Shown here: piece after piece, positions 34,594-46,116 of the stretch
How positions within the stretch are numbered: the first letter of the stretch is position 1
How the letters are laid out: each line of letters opens with the position of its first letter
Assembly (NCBI GenBank): GCA_977018835.1
Contig: OZ361256.1
Span: forward strand, 6,138,001-6,202,000
Reading direction: 5' to 3'
Origin: Minutocellus sp. GHC0000111
Lineage: Eukaryota
Length of the DNA: 64,000 nucleotides
Position numbers and translations under genes: made by a program
The notes under the pieces: model-generated
The model's database searches: none
What the model saw: the letters and a program-made list of their open reading frames with translations, nothing else
Told to the model about the DNA's origin: nothing

Positions 34594-37500
34594 ATGAGCA
34601 GCGGCACCCCTGCTGGTGCCAGGAAATGCCTGTGCAGGCATGACGATTGCGACAAGATACGTCGCATTATCGACGAGTCTCACAACAACATCAGAAGCGG
34701 CGGGTTCGAGTTCAGATTGAAAGATAGTGACAAGAGTAAAAAATACCAGGCAGTTCTGAAGAAGAATCTCACTTTATCTGGATTCAAATTTGATGTTGAG
34801 AGGTACGAGATTGCGAAGCATCATTTCTCTGCTGACGCGCTTCAATACTTTGCTGGAGAAACAGACGGCAAGAGCCATTTTCCGACAACGCCCGTTCCTG
34901 CGGAGATTGCAAAGAGACACGGTTTTGCAGAAGCCATCAACGAGTTCAATGGTAAATATTTCTGGCCTCCAGACCATACTATCGATCAGTCCCGATCCTT
35001 GATGATGGTGCTCGGTGGCAAAAGCTCTCGGTCGGCAGCCAGCGTCAAGCGGCTCTTGGAGGCGGACCAACATCCGTCGGTCCCTTTGGGAACGCACAAG
35101 ACCCCCAAGAAAGCGAAGGTTGGCAATGGGGCGGCCGCTCCGATTACACCGGCGTGTGACACCACAGGCATTAGTGGTGGTTCCACCGGTGCTGGCGGTG
35201 GCGATGGATCTGGCGTAGTGCCAATCTATGATGCGTGTCGGTCCGGTATTGGTGGCCATCCTCAGTTGTTGAGCGTGCTGCAAGCTGGAGACATTGGTCG
35301 TGGAGTGTGTTCCAAATACTTCTCTTTCACGCAAAAGGATGGAGCATGGCGGAGCCCGGACTGTTCGATATTTATTGGTGCAACTTCCGAGGCTCCGGTG
35401 GACGTGTGTGATGGCTGTGCAACCGTATTTTCTGCTATCAGTCCTGATAAATATCCTCGGCTGTACGACGAGGTTGGCTTGGTGCTGCCATCCGCCGCCG
35501 ACTTGGACTTGACTGCTTCACTGGTGCGAATGCACAGCATGCAAGGAGAGGGATTTGTTGCGTCCAAGGAGGGTCAGGCAGCAATGCGTATTTTGCGGGG
35601 CAGCCATCGGTATTTTGCTAGCGTAAAGCTAGGAGAAAGGAGTTGGGTCGATTTTTGTCCGTCGTTCGGCGACGCTTCGTGTGGGCTGGTCTCCTTAGGT
35701 GAATTCGAGCGGGATGGCATTTTGTGTGGTCCGTGCTCGACTGAAAGGAAAAACTTCCTCCGACGGGAGAACAGGAAGCAACTGAATCGCGCCAAGCAGG
35801 TCGGCGCCAGCAGCCGAGCTCCGATCAAGCACCTGACCCCGACGAGGCTGAAGGAGCGCCAGCAGAACCAACAACGGAAAGCTGCCCGCTCCACCAGGGA
35901 CCGCCTGCGCTGCGCCAAGACAAAGCTGGAGAGTGATGCTTGCAAAGTCGCTTTTGACCTCGAGAAGGACGGCGTCATGCTTGACCTCTTCAAGACGGCT
36001 GCTGACCACGTTGGCAGCGACCATGCTTCGTTCGGCGAGGTCAGTGCTCTTGGAGGAGCTCGCCAAGGAGGCTGTCAAGGACGCTGCCGGCGATGCAGCT
36101 GAGCTGGCTCTGGACCAGACGGCTGCAGTCGGCGACCTGGTGGGCTTCATTTTGGGTGAGATTCAAAACTCAGCTCGCCAGCTTGCAGGGAGGCCCCGCA
36201 CGGCGGCGCGTTTTTCTCCCAGGGTGGTGCGACTTTCGCTGGGCCTCTGGATGAGGAGCCCTGCAGCCTACAAGGTCCTCCAGGACTCAGGGCTCATGGT
36301 TGTGCCATCGGCCTCCACTTTGAAGCGACTCAAGGCAAAAGTTGCTGTTTCGGACGGCCTCTGCCCTGAAGTCTTTTTAGCTGGCTTGGCGACGCCTTTG
36401 TCTCGCGAGGGAGCGCAGCAGCCACGGAGAAAAGGGCCTGGCTGGCCACTTGATGTGCGACGAGATCAAGATCAAGTCTGGCGTTGCCTGGAACACTGCC
36501 ACGCACGAGGCGGTTGGACTCGTTGGCGTTGAGGGGAAGGTCGAGCTCCAAGACGACTTGCGGGCCATCCTGAGGGGCGACGAGCCTCCAGGAGGCGACA
36601 GTGACGCCAGCAGCGCTGGCGACGCCCTTGTTGCAGGAGGGACGAGCAAGCCAGCCACCTACGTGAACCAGTGGAATTTTCGCTCCGTCTACGGAAGGAC
36701 TTTTCTCCTCAACTTCTTCTTCAACGGTGGGTCTCTCAGTGGCGACGAGCTCCTCCGGCAGCTCTCACGCACCAAGTCCACGGCGGGGTCGAGCTTGCCG
36801 GCGCCAAGGTCCTGGGGGTGTGCCTGGATGCTGGAGAGGGGGCAACAGTCGCCTCTGCTCCCTCTTGAGAGGAGGGCAAAAGGTCGGCGACGCCGCCTGG
36901 GTTTCGGCGGAGCTGGTGACGTTTGCGAGCCCTGCCTGCCCAAGCCGAAGCGTCGCAGTGTTTTTCTGTGCGACCCACGGCCGCCTCAAGTCACAGCGAA
37001 ACGCCTTCAGCAACAGCTCAGTCACCCCTGGTGCTAAAAAGAGAACTTTTGTGACCACAGAGGGAGTGGCTTTTGGCCTGGAGAGCATCGAGAGGTGCCT
37101 GGTGCGGGACCAGAAGCGGTCCGCCAGAAAGACCAAGCTCACGCCAGCAGCGGTTCAGCCGAACAAGTGGGAGAAGATGAGAGTGGCCCTTGCAAAGGCC
37201 GTCTTTGACCCAGACACTAGAGACGAAAATATTTTTTACATTGGATGTGAGCTTGGCTGCTTGGACGAGCTAAGGAGCAGTGGAGAGGGTGGAGGTGAGG
37301 TTCAAGGCCAAGCCCTCGCAAGAAGAAGGATCGAGGCCCTCAAAGTCAAGCTCGCGGCCGCTGCGGAGCGCCTAGGCGAGCGCCTAGGCGACGCCAACTT
37401 TCAACAGCTACGGCAAGACCTGGCTCACGTAGAGTACAACTTTCATGTCGGGACTATTTTTATTGAAAACTTTTTGAATGGCGAGGTCAGTGTCACCCCA

Positions 37501-39195
37501 GACAACATCGACGAGAAGGAGAAAGAGACTAGGTCTGCTTTGGAGTACTTCGAGGCTTGGCGACTCGCCTCTTTGCAGCTCAAGCAACAAGGCAGCGGTC
37601 CTTTATTTCTACCACCACGTACAAAAACCTTCGGATTGGTGTTTGCGGCTTCTTTCAATACTGCCGACTCGTCTTCCTGCTACCGAACCCTCCCTCGTAC
37701 GTAAAATTCCTCCCATGCCAACCAGTCATCGCTTGAAGCTACCTTCTCACACATTCGATACTTGGGCGGCGACTCTGTCCACAACTATCCGTCCGCAATA
37801 ACAGCCATCAACTCTCAAGACAGCATCCAGATTATGAACGAATCCAACCCAAACTACGAAGGCGACACCACGGAGGTAGCAGTGTCATGGAATCGTCTGG
37901 AGTCGGTGATGGGGCGCACAGACGATCGCCGAGCTCTGGTGGTAAAGTCGTGGCGAGACGAGAAAAAGAAGCCGGCAGAGGCATCCATCTCGATACTTCC
38001 TCCTTGCGACGATGAGGATGGCGAGGGAGATCAACCGGCGGTTGGCTCCACCGAGCGCATGCGCAGTCTGCACAAAACGATGGCGACGTACAACATTGAT
38101 TCCAACTTCTCTGACTACCTGCTGGATGACGAAACATTTGAGGGAATGGCAAGAGTGAGCGTTGGAACAGAAGAAGAGAAATGTTTCAAAGCAATCGCAT
38201 CGTTAGATGAGGAAGACGAAGTGCTCTTCAATTTGGCGTGCCAGCAAATGATACTCACAGCATTTACATCACTAGACAAGAGCATCATGCAGAAGTCCGG
38301 CCATAAACAGTCATTCTGGTGGCACCAGCATGACTTCATTACTAGCAAGAAATTTCAAGATCTGCGGAAGCTGCTGCCGGCGTCTCTGTCCCAGTCTCAT
38401 CTTGCCGCCGCCATCGTGGAGCAACATCTCGCTCGGCTTTTCAGTAATTGGCTTGATGAAGCCATCATCGATACTTTCACATCGCCCAGTGATTCCAGTA
38501 CCGCCGCTATCACCACCAACGGTAACGCAAAGGGATCCATCGACCAGGACGAAGAGAATTCGGAAGTAACCAACTTCGTCGGTTGGGCCATGAAAGAAGT
38601 GCTCGATCAATGTCGTGAGAAGTGGCAAGACTCTGAAAGCTTCTTCTACGAAGAAGACAACGAAGACGAGGATGAAAATACGTGTGAGAACAGTGATCGG
38701 AAGGCAGTGCTGCATGTGAAATCAATGAGACTGTTGCATCGCGAAGCAATAAAAGACGCAGGATACTTACAGAAATATTACGCTCCAATCGACCAGATAC
38801 GAAATCGCGGTGGCCTATTCCTCCTGGCCCCCCAATATGTGCCCTTTGGAAGGATGGTAATAAAAAGAACAAGGGAATTAGTGAATGAAAAGACCATCGA
38901 AGAAGTCGGCAAAGAGGCAATCAAGGAGGCATACAAGACCATCATCGGCGACGAAGACTTGTGGGGACTATTCAACAAAGCAGAAAACGATATTGACTTA
39001 CCGGAAGGCGAAAAGAAGATAATATTCACCAAGATTGTCAAGAAAGCCTTCCATGCACGCGCTGGAGAAGCGACGCGACGATACAATGAGCAGCAGATTG
39101 ATAAAGCCGACATGGCCTTGCGAGCAAAATTGAAGGCGACAAGTGGAGCAAAGAAGAAGTTAGATTTTGAGGGAGATGTTGAAAAATGCACATAA
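34594..39195 (+). CDS. P-element-like transposase (~1500 aa when stitched), interrupted by several frameshifts
   Basis: THAP-like N-terminus (CxC..DC...IAKHHFS...PVP); SPAAYKVL....VVPSASTL; LMCDEIKI (D1); GVCLDAG (D2); CATH..KSQRN; WEKMRVALA; HANQSSLEATFSHIR (E). Frameshifts between ~36040 and ~37710. Confidence 0.82.
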
Positions 39196-39771
39196 AATAA
39201 TGTACATATTCGTATCTGTACACAAACTTAGCAAAGCAAGAAATGGAAAGCGGGTGACTCCAGCGGCAAAAGGGGCTGACAAGATACGGACGCAAGGTCC
39301 CTTGTCGGCCACATCGGCTGCCGCCATTGTCGACCGTGCTACCATTACCAGCTGAACTCAGTATGATTCGGGAGAATGAATACATGATACCCAGCCAAGA
39401 ACCGTCCATAGATGCCCTCACATGAATAAATTCACGAACAGAATATTTCTCACATCTCGATGGGCAGCACGCCGGAACCGATGGGTTGATCAATACAAAA
39501 GCACCGGACCTGCCAGTTGGCGGCAATAAGTACGACGGGAGGGGGCGGCGGCGGCAGCTCGCGCTGACGGTGGGCAAGCAATCGCCCATTTGCTTAGGCA
39601 ACAACGCCGCCGGATCGGCGTACTTGTTGCAGGCACCACGCAAGAGGGCACCTGCACGCCATGGCGGCTCGTTCCGCCGGAAGGGGGATGTGGGCGACAC
39701 GACGAAGCAGCCCTTCGGCTTATGGCGTAGTAGTAGTATTTGCGCGGTGCGCGTTGAAGATGAAAGATGCG

Positions 39772-39891
39772 CGCTTGGGCCAGAAATTAACGTCATCCAC
39801 AATCACCCCAAAAAAAGAGTGCCGAACATGGTGGAATTTTTCCCTTGCTTTCTGCCATGCGTGCACCACCCTATTTTTTGTTATGTGCTCG
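39772..39891 (-). repeat. Right terminal inverted repeat of the transposon
   Basis: CGCTTGGGCCAGAA...TCACCCCAAAAAAAGAGTGCCGAACATGGTG...ACCACCCTATTTTTTGTTATGTGCTCG. Confidence 0.9.
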
Positions 39892-40170
39892 GTTCTGCCT
39901 TGCTTTTGCGCGAAGATGCGAGCTGCTGATTTCGTCTGGCCTTCGCCCGACGCAACAAACCTGCCCTGCTGCGTTTTTTCGATGCCAGCCACCAAGATGC
40001 TGATGCGGAGACACACTCTTACGTATGCGATACCTCTTACATTCATTACATCATTAAGTACACCATTTTGGGAATGGTTTTGGTATCATATCACTTACTA
40101 GGTCTATAGCTTTTATAATACTGTATATTGACTGATTTTTTTCTACTTCCTTCTTCCCGATGTTGCATGA

Positions 40171-41588
40171 TTATGTCACCAACTCGGCGGCAATCTGCCA
40201 AACATTGACCTTGCCATCATCTCCGGCGGTATAGAACGTGTTGGACGGCCCGGCACGGATCGCTCGGACGGCCCCGTCGTGGCTCTTGGTGTACTTGTTG
40301 GACAGCTTGACCAGCAAACAAAACGCGGGAGTTTGGCCCGACGCCGACTGCAGGATGCTCCGGATCATAATGTCGCCGCTCTCCAACCCCACCAACAAGA
40401 GGGGATCGTTCTTCACGTCGGCACTGAGGGCCATGCTGACGATGCCCTGGCCGTGTCCCTCGGAGAACATGCACTGCCCGTCGGTGGCGTTCCACGCCTT
40501 GACGGTCCCGTCCAAGCTCGAGGAGAGGACGAAGGTCACCTGCGGACTCTCGAAGAGGACCAGGTCGGTGATGGCCGCGGTATGTCCTACGCCCGTCGCC
40601 TGCTGCTGTCCTCCCTGTCCACCCTGCTGCCCCGCCGGACTTTGCGGTACCGGATTGCCCCCAATGGTGCCGGGGGTGGCACTCGTGATGAGGTACTTGC
40701 AGGTTCCGGTGGCCAAATCCCACAACCGGATGGACTGGTCCGTGCTGGACGACCACAGCATGTTGCCACCCACAATGACCAGGCCGGTGATCTCGGAGGC
40801 ATGGCCGTGCAACGTCTTGCGCAGGGCGAAGCCACCCTTGCCACCGTTGGCGGTCTGGTCGAACTGCCACGTCCGGATGACGCCGCAGTGTCCACCGGAG
40901 ATCATGACGTCGTTGACGGTGGCAAAGGCACTCACAGAACCGGCGTGGGCGTACGGGGCATGCTGGCTGTCCATGTGGAGCTCGAGGGGCGGGTCGGCGG
41001 GGTTGGCCAAATTCCACACGTGGATCATCCCCACCTTGGCATTGGGGAGGATTTGCGCGCTGCCTTCAAAGCCACAAAACAGGTAGTTGGGGACGCCACT
41101 TCCAGAGTTTCCACCTTGCCGCCGGTCATCATGCAGTGTTCGAATTCCTTGGCAAAGTTGGCGGCGGTGTTCCAGAGGCGCCAATAGCCGTCGTGGGATC
41201 CGGAGAAGATTTTGATTTGGCCCGGTTGGGATTCCCATATCGCCACCGAGGAGACGGCCGCAAATTGGTTCTGCTGCTGGTTGTAGCGGTTCTGCCCGTT
41301 GTACCGGTGATGTCCTCCGCCCTGCTGCTGATTCTGCTGCGTCCGGTTGGAGGCCTCCAGACTGACGTGGAGCTTGACGGCGTGGGAGAACTTGCAGTTG
41401 GTGCCGTGCGGGCAGTTGCCGCCAGTGGTAAAGTCGCGGCAGGGCTTGAGACGGGGCTGCTGGCCGTGGTCTCCGTCTCCTCCTCTGCCGCCTCCGCCGC
41501 CGTACGAGCCCCGCCCTCCGCCGAAGCCGCCGCCGGAATTGCGACCCCGGCCTCGGCCTCCGCGGCTTCCTCCGCCGAAGCCGGACAT
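40171..41588 (-). CDS. RGG-rich, CCCH zinc finger plus WD40-repeat protein (ZFWD-like)
   Basis: RGG boxes; CRDFTTGGNCPHGTNCKFSH (CCCH); WD repeats (FSGSHDGYWRLWN, SSSTDQSIRLWD, SSSLDGTVKAWN, TAGDDGKVNVWQ). Frameshift near 41090. Confidence 0.88.
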
Positions 41589-42125
41589 GCTAAATGGGTT
41601 TAGAGTGATACGGGTGCCTATTGATGTGTTTGGACTCGACTCGAGAGCAGGGCTGCGTCGAGCAGAGGCACGTCCGGTGGTCTGTTATCGATATCGGCAC
41701 GAGATGTGCTGAAAAACATGTGAACAATGAGCGGCGAAGCGAAAGCACGACCAACGGAATTTAAAATAGGGGGATTTGAGGAGTTGACCCGAAAGTTCGA
41801 GATGATGTGATGCCCCGCTATCAATCGTGCTGAAGTCAAGATGAGACTGATTTCTGGAAGTAGCGCAGGGACCCAGCAGGAGCAGCCAGTGGCCTCTCGA
41901 GCGTATCACCTATTCGGCAGCACAACGCTTGCCCGTTATTCCCAAGCGCAGAATATAACAAATCATTTCTCTTAAAGTTCCTCAAGTTTGTTCGACTACG
42001 ACGTATTCGACGAAAAGTCAAACAAACAAACCAACCGGCCGGATACGCAAGACAAAACAAGCAACGCCAAGGAAAGATCTTGCCCGAATATATAGTAACT
42101 CAATCAGTCAATCAGTCAGTCAGTC

Positions 42126-42512
42126 ATGCCCCACATCATCCTCAAGAAGACGTTCAAGATCAAGCCGAGCGGATTTCAGGTGGCCACCGAAAAATCCCTC
42201 TCGTTGCACGGGTCGGCCGTCAACTCGTCCGTGGTCAACGCCATCAACCAAAAGTTGGCCTCCCTCCGACTCGTAACTTCCGCCAAACCCCTGCAGTTCC
42301 AGTCCGATCGGTACGGGCATTACAGCTGCCAGATGAATCACGACTTTCAAAAGTATCACGAGGAGGATGCTGTGTGTGCCATATTGGACGTGATGGAGAT
42401 CTTGGGCTGGACCTTTCGATTCCAGTACGACAGCGAAAGTAGTTCGGCCAAGGTTTCGGGTTCGTCCGTCACGACCAGAGAGCTCTTCATCTTTTCCAAG
42501 CAGGGGGCATAG
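42126..42512 (+). CDS. Small hypothetical protein (128 aa), possibly GFRP/KCTD-CTD-like fold
   Basis: Clean ATG-TAG ORF with high GC3. Pattern MPHII...ILDVME..GW.F...LFIFSK. Confidence 0.7.
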   Translation: MPHIILKKTFKIKPSGFQVATEKSLSLHGSAVNSSVVNAINQKLASLRLVTSAKPLQFQSDRYGHYSCQMNHDFQKYHEEDAVCAILDVMEILGWTFRFQYDSESSSAKVSGSSVTTRELFIFSKQGA

Positions 42513-42666
42513 AACGACGTATATGTGCTGGGTGTAGTGATATTATGTGAAGAGAAAAATGGCTGTGAATCAGATTGTAATGTAATTTTATATGATAGAA
42601 GGACTTCTCTAACTGTAGAAATCGAACGGCCGATTAGGCGTCGCATACATGTGAGTACCCGCCTCT

Positions 42667-44010
42667 TCATGCCATCACTGAACATTGTGTCCGAAGTACA
42701 ATCCGACCATGTTGGCATTTAGCCTCTTCCTCTTCATCGTGCCCAAAACAAAGGGTTCCCGTAACCCTTGCTTCATCATCTTCATATCCAGACATGTACA
42801 TGGAGCCACCGAAATTGAAATTTCGATTTAATATGGTCATGTGACGTTGCCAAACGTTGCTATTCTCCCGTCGCAGATCCTGCAGAACCGAATCATCATC
42901 CGAAGAATCGACTGGTTCGATGTCATTGTTATTGCCGAAGTCGTTTGCCATGTATACAGTCTTTGGATGTAGAGCCGTCATTATTCCGCCATCACCAGAC
43001 CTTTTTAGAAGCGCAACCACGACAATAGATACGTCCCTGAAGACATCACGCATCAATTGTTCACCAATGCTTTGCCGATGATCATTTTTTCCCTCATTTG
43101 ACTTTAACAGAGATTTCATCGAGGGCCATCGCGTAAAGTCAAATGAATCCATTGCTGTACACAAATCGTTTTTTGAAGTGCCATCATATGGACGAGTGAA
43201 GCCTTGTGCCAAAAAAGTTTGATCCGTCATCTTGCCGAACCGGACGAAAACATGAAAATCCGCCACTTCTTCCCTCAGCTGCTCTGACTTCAGAATTCTC
43301 CTATAGTAGCTCTCGCTTCTCAAAGCCTCAATCTCGTAAAAGCAAAGGTGCGGCAGGTCTTTAGCTTTTTTCTCTGCGAACTTGGAGGCCACCCAGTAGT
43401 AAATGGCCCTTGTCTTCTTACATTGCAAGTCGAGACGATCACACTCGGAAACATTGGAATCCATTTCAAGCCAGCACGAAGTAGAGGCGCTCCGAAAGCT
43501 CTTGCAAACCAACTCCAACTGAGTCATAGCAAGTGGTTGAAGATAAAGCAAGACCTTCGATATCAAGTCCGCTCCGATAAAGAGCAAGGAGTCGAGCTCT
43601 ATGTCGCCTTTCGATCGAATGACGGCGCGAGCCTCCTCAATCTCATGACGCTTATCAGCAATCTTCTTTTCGAAGCCCTCTTGCATTGCCTTCATCTGCT
43701 CATTAAATTGCTTGCGGATGGACCTCTCTTCATTCTTGAGGGCAAGCAGACGATCGCTTTCTGCATTTTCAGACGTTGTCACGGCGTTCTGGCCGTTCTT
43801 TCTCAACGCCGGGGCGAGGCGTTGTGACTGGTCAATTCCGCCACCATCTTCTGCCGCGCGCTTCTTCCCATCTTCCATGCCTTTTATGCAATTAATATTT
43901 GACATATTGGAAGGTATGAAGTTGGTATCTCTGCGACCATTCGGTTGAACATTGGCCATTCTTTGTACCATTTCAAGGTGGGACGGCCAGACGAAATTGC
44001 CACTTTGCAT
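42667..44010 (-). CDS. F-box-like protein with N-terminal coiled coil
   Basis: LDSLLFIGADLISKVLLYLQPLAMTQLELVCKSFR...W matches the F-box pattern; preceded by a coiled coil. Start may be 43878. Confidence 0.7.
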   Translation of the reverse strand: MQSGNFVWPSHLEMVQRMANVQPNGRRDTNFIPSNMSNINCIKGMEDGKKRAAEDGGGIDQSQRLAPALRKNGQNAVTTSENAESDRLLALKNEERSIRKQFNEQMKAMQEGFEKKIADKRHEIEEARAVIRSKGDIELDSLLFIGADLISKVLLYLQPLAMTQLELVCKSFRSASTSCWLEMDSNVSECDRLDLQCKKTRAIYYWVASKFAEKKAKDLPHLCFYEIEALRSESYYRRILKSEQLREEVADFHVFVRFGKMTDQTFLAQGFTRPYDGTSKNDLCTAMDSFDFTRWPSMKSLLKSNEGKNDHRQSIGEQLMRDVFRDVSIVVVALLKRSGDGGIMTALHPKTVYMANDFGNNNDIEPVDSSDDDSVLQDLRRENSNVWQRHMTILNRNFNFGGSMYMSGYEDDEARVTGTLCFGHDEEEEAKCQHGRIVLRTQCSVMA

Positions 44011-44057
44011 GCTTTGGATGATCGATGCACTACTACGTAGTAGAACTCTAGAGTATC

Positions 44058-45200
44058 ATGTCAATCAAACAAACAAAAATGATGATGAGATCGGCAGTTG
44101 TTAGACGCGCAGCATCCGCAGCTGCTGCACAATCTCCCGTAGTTGGAGAGCGATGGACTGCCGCTCATTCTTGCGTGGAGCGACTGACGAGGGAACTTCG
44201 TAGCATGTCTTGTGCTGGTTCGTCGAACAGCGATATCTTGCGCACATCGTCAAAACCAGCACTAGCCGGTTGTCTCATGTCTACTTATTGCGCAAACATA
44301 TCATCTCCCAATACACATACAACGATCGGTGCGGATAATATTAGATGCTCTCAATCGATGCTTGCGGCACCAGTATCTCTCCGAACACGACACTTCTCAA
44401 CTGAAATCCCCGAACCGACCATTGACGTCCAATCCATCCAGGATGCCATTGTTGAGCGAGCCCCCAAAATGTCGAAGGGGCTGGCCACCAATGGATACTA
44501 CACCTGTACGGATTTCTTACCAAAACAAGTTATCGAGTTGTTACGATTGCAGTCGGTTGAATTGCGGAACAAGGGCAGATACGAACCTTCTTGGTCAGAG
44601 AAGGTTCGTGATGATGGCACCGTTGAGCGATTCGACAAGGAGGGTGTCTATGCGTGCGAACCGGACGGCCAGGATTATTACGATGCACCAGATCTCATCA
44701 CTTATATGAGTGTGCTACTCCAAACATTGCCAGTGGTGCTCAATGGTCAACAGCCAACGTCTGATTTGGATCTGTCCAACGCATCGTTCAACGCCAAGCT
44801 TGCCGTGACATCACCAGGAGGGAGCAAATACCCTCTTCACATTGACAATCCTCAGGGATTGAGCGTCGGCGATACTCGAAAGCTTACGTGCATTTTATAT
44901 CTTAATCCAGATTATAAAGAGGGCGATAGTGGTGAGCTGAGAATATTTTTGAAGAGAAATGATGGAGGCGAAAAGAATGCGCTGGAGACGGTTGACTTGA
45001 CGCCAGAGGGTGGACGGATCCTCATGTTCTTCAGTGACGAGATTCCGCACGAAGTCTTGGCCACGGCGCCAAATGGTGCAAAGGATGATGCGTCGCTGGA
45101 TCGGTATGCACTGACGGTGTGGATTCCCACGGAAAATGTGGCAGCGTTGCATAACGAAACATCCAAATTCTGCGACTTGAAGGAATTGGCTTTTCCATGA
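44058..45200 (+). CDS. EGLN/PHD-like 2OG-Fe(II) prolyl 4-hydroxylase-family protein
   Basis: YPLHIDNP (HxD), RKLTCILYLN, GELRIF, FFSDEIPHEV (H), RYALTVW (R). Arg/Ala/Ser-rich mitochondrial-like presequence. Confidence 0.85.
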   Translation: MSIKQTKMMMRSAVVRRAASAAAAQSPVVGERWTAAHSCVERLTRELRSMSCAGSSNSDILRTSSKPALAGCLMSTYCANISSPNTHTTIGADNIRCSQSMLAAPVSLRTRHFSTEIPEPTIDVQSIQDAIVERAPKMSKGLATNGYYTCTDFLPKQVIELLRLQSVELRNKGRYEPSWSEKVRDDGTVERFDKEGVYACEPDGQDYYDAPDLITYMSVLLQTLPVVLNGQQPTSDLDLSNASFNAKLAVTSPGGSKYPLHIDNPQGLSVGDTRKLTCILYLNPDYKEGDSGELRIFLKRNDGGEKNALETVDLTPEGGRILMFFSDEIPHEVLATAPNGAKDDASLDRYALTVWIPTENVAALHNETSKFCDLKELAFP

Positions 45201-45289
45201 AGGAAATCGTAACATCGAAGTAAAAATTAAAAAAAAAAAAAAAAAAAACATTTCGTATCTTCATGGCTTATAAAGATTAAGAACCAAAT

Positions 45290-45991
45290 TTACCACGGAA
45301 GATTGAGGGGGACGGATCCCTGTACAGAATCGGCGGCAACCCAGGCGCAGATGGCGAACATGGCGGCCCGGCCGTTCTGGAGCTCACTCAAACGACGACG
45401 CTCGGTAATCTTGACACCGAGGGGGTTCCATCCCAAATCACCGGTAAGACCACCAGCCTTGAGGCCGGGGGCGACGCCGCCCTCGTCCATGGCCCACTTG
45501 CCGTCCTTGTGGGTGAGCTCGTATAGCTCAACAAGAGCGATGGCGCAGAACATTTGTGTGATGCCCTCGGCGGGCACGTGCTTCATGGCCTCCAGAGGGG
45601 TCATGGCAGCAAGATCGGCAAATTTCACACCCTCCGTAACACTCAAGTATTCATGGGGCGAGATGTTGTCCAAAGTCCAGCCAAACTTGTGGAATGCATA
45701 TCCAACGGTGGCAATCATGGCGGATCGGCCGTGCTTGAGCTCGGCAGCACGGAGGAAGGTGCCAGTGGCCTCACTGCCATATTCGGTGGTGAGCTTGTCC
45801 CAGTAGTTCTCACCGATGAAGACGGGCTGATCGGGCGTCCAGAGAGGAGTGGCACCGAAGCATGGGACCTTTTCCTTGACTTCGAGAAGGTCACTTTCCG
45901 CTGAGAGGGCAGTAGAGGAGGCAGGGGCCTTGGCGGGGGCGAAAGCAGCGGCGCCAGAGGCGAGGAGGGCAAATACGGCGGCGGTCTTCAT
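45290..45991 (-). CDS. Light-harvesting fucoxanthin-chlorophyll a/c binding protein (LHC family)
   Basis: AAA-FAP plastid motif; RAAELKHGRSAM; GDLGWNPLG; ELQNGRAAM. Confidence 0.95.
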   Translation of the reverse strand: MKTAAVFALLASGAAAFAPAKAPASSTALSAESDLLEVKEKVPCFGATPLWTPDQPVFIGENYWDKLTTEYGSEATGTFLRAAELKHGRSAMIATVGYAFHKFGWTLDNISPHEYLSVTEGVKFADLAAMTPLEAMKHVPAEGITQMFCAIALVELYELTHKDGKWAMDEGGVAPGLKAGGLTGDLGWNPLGVKITERRRLSELQNGRAAMFAICAWVAADSVQGSVPLNLPW

Positions 45992-46110
45992 GGTTGCAGA
46001 ACTTCAACAAAATGAAAAATCTCCAAACGGTCAAGCGGAAAACAAGCAGCACAAGATATGCTCGAAATTTATTACTCTTTGAAAAACAAGATAATTTACT
46101 AAAAGCCTAA

Positions 46111-46116
46111 TGACGT
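46111..46116 (+). promoter_or_regulatory. TGACGT bZIP-type core in the ~320-bp bidirectional LHC promoter
   Basis: Single TGACGT between the two divergent LHC start codons; function inferred only. Confidence 0.3.

Larger units (their letters stand above)
34318..39891 (+). mobile_element. P-superfamily (THAP9-like) DNA transposon, 5.57 kb
   Basis: Imperfect terminal inverted repeats at 34318-34429 and 39772-39891; 8-bp direct repeat GTTCTGCC at 34310-34317 and 39892-39899; internal P-type transposase. Confidence 0.88.

Noticed and set aside
39038..39802. Second, antisense gene inside the transposon
   Set aside because: Begins within the TIR, overlaps the transposase end and has no recognisable motif.
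45229..45248. A20 tract as a retroposition signature
   Set aside because: No TSD or retroelement sequence; a simple homopolymer between convergent 3' ends.
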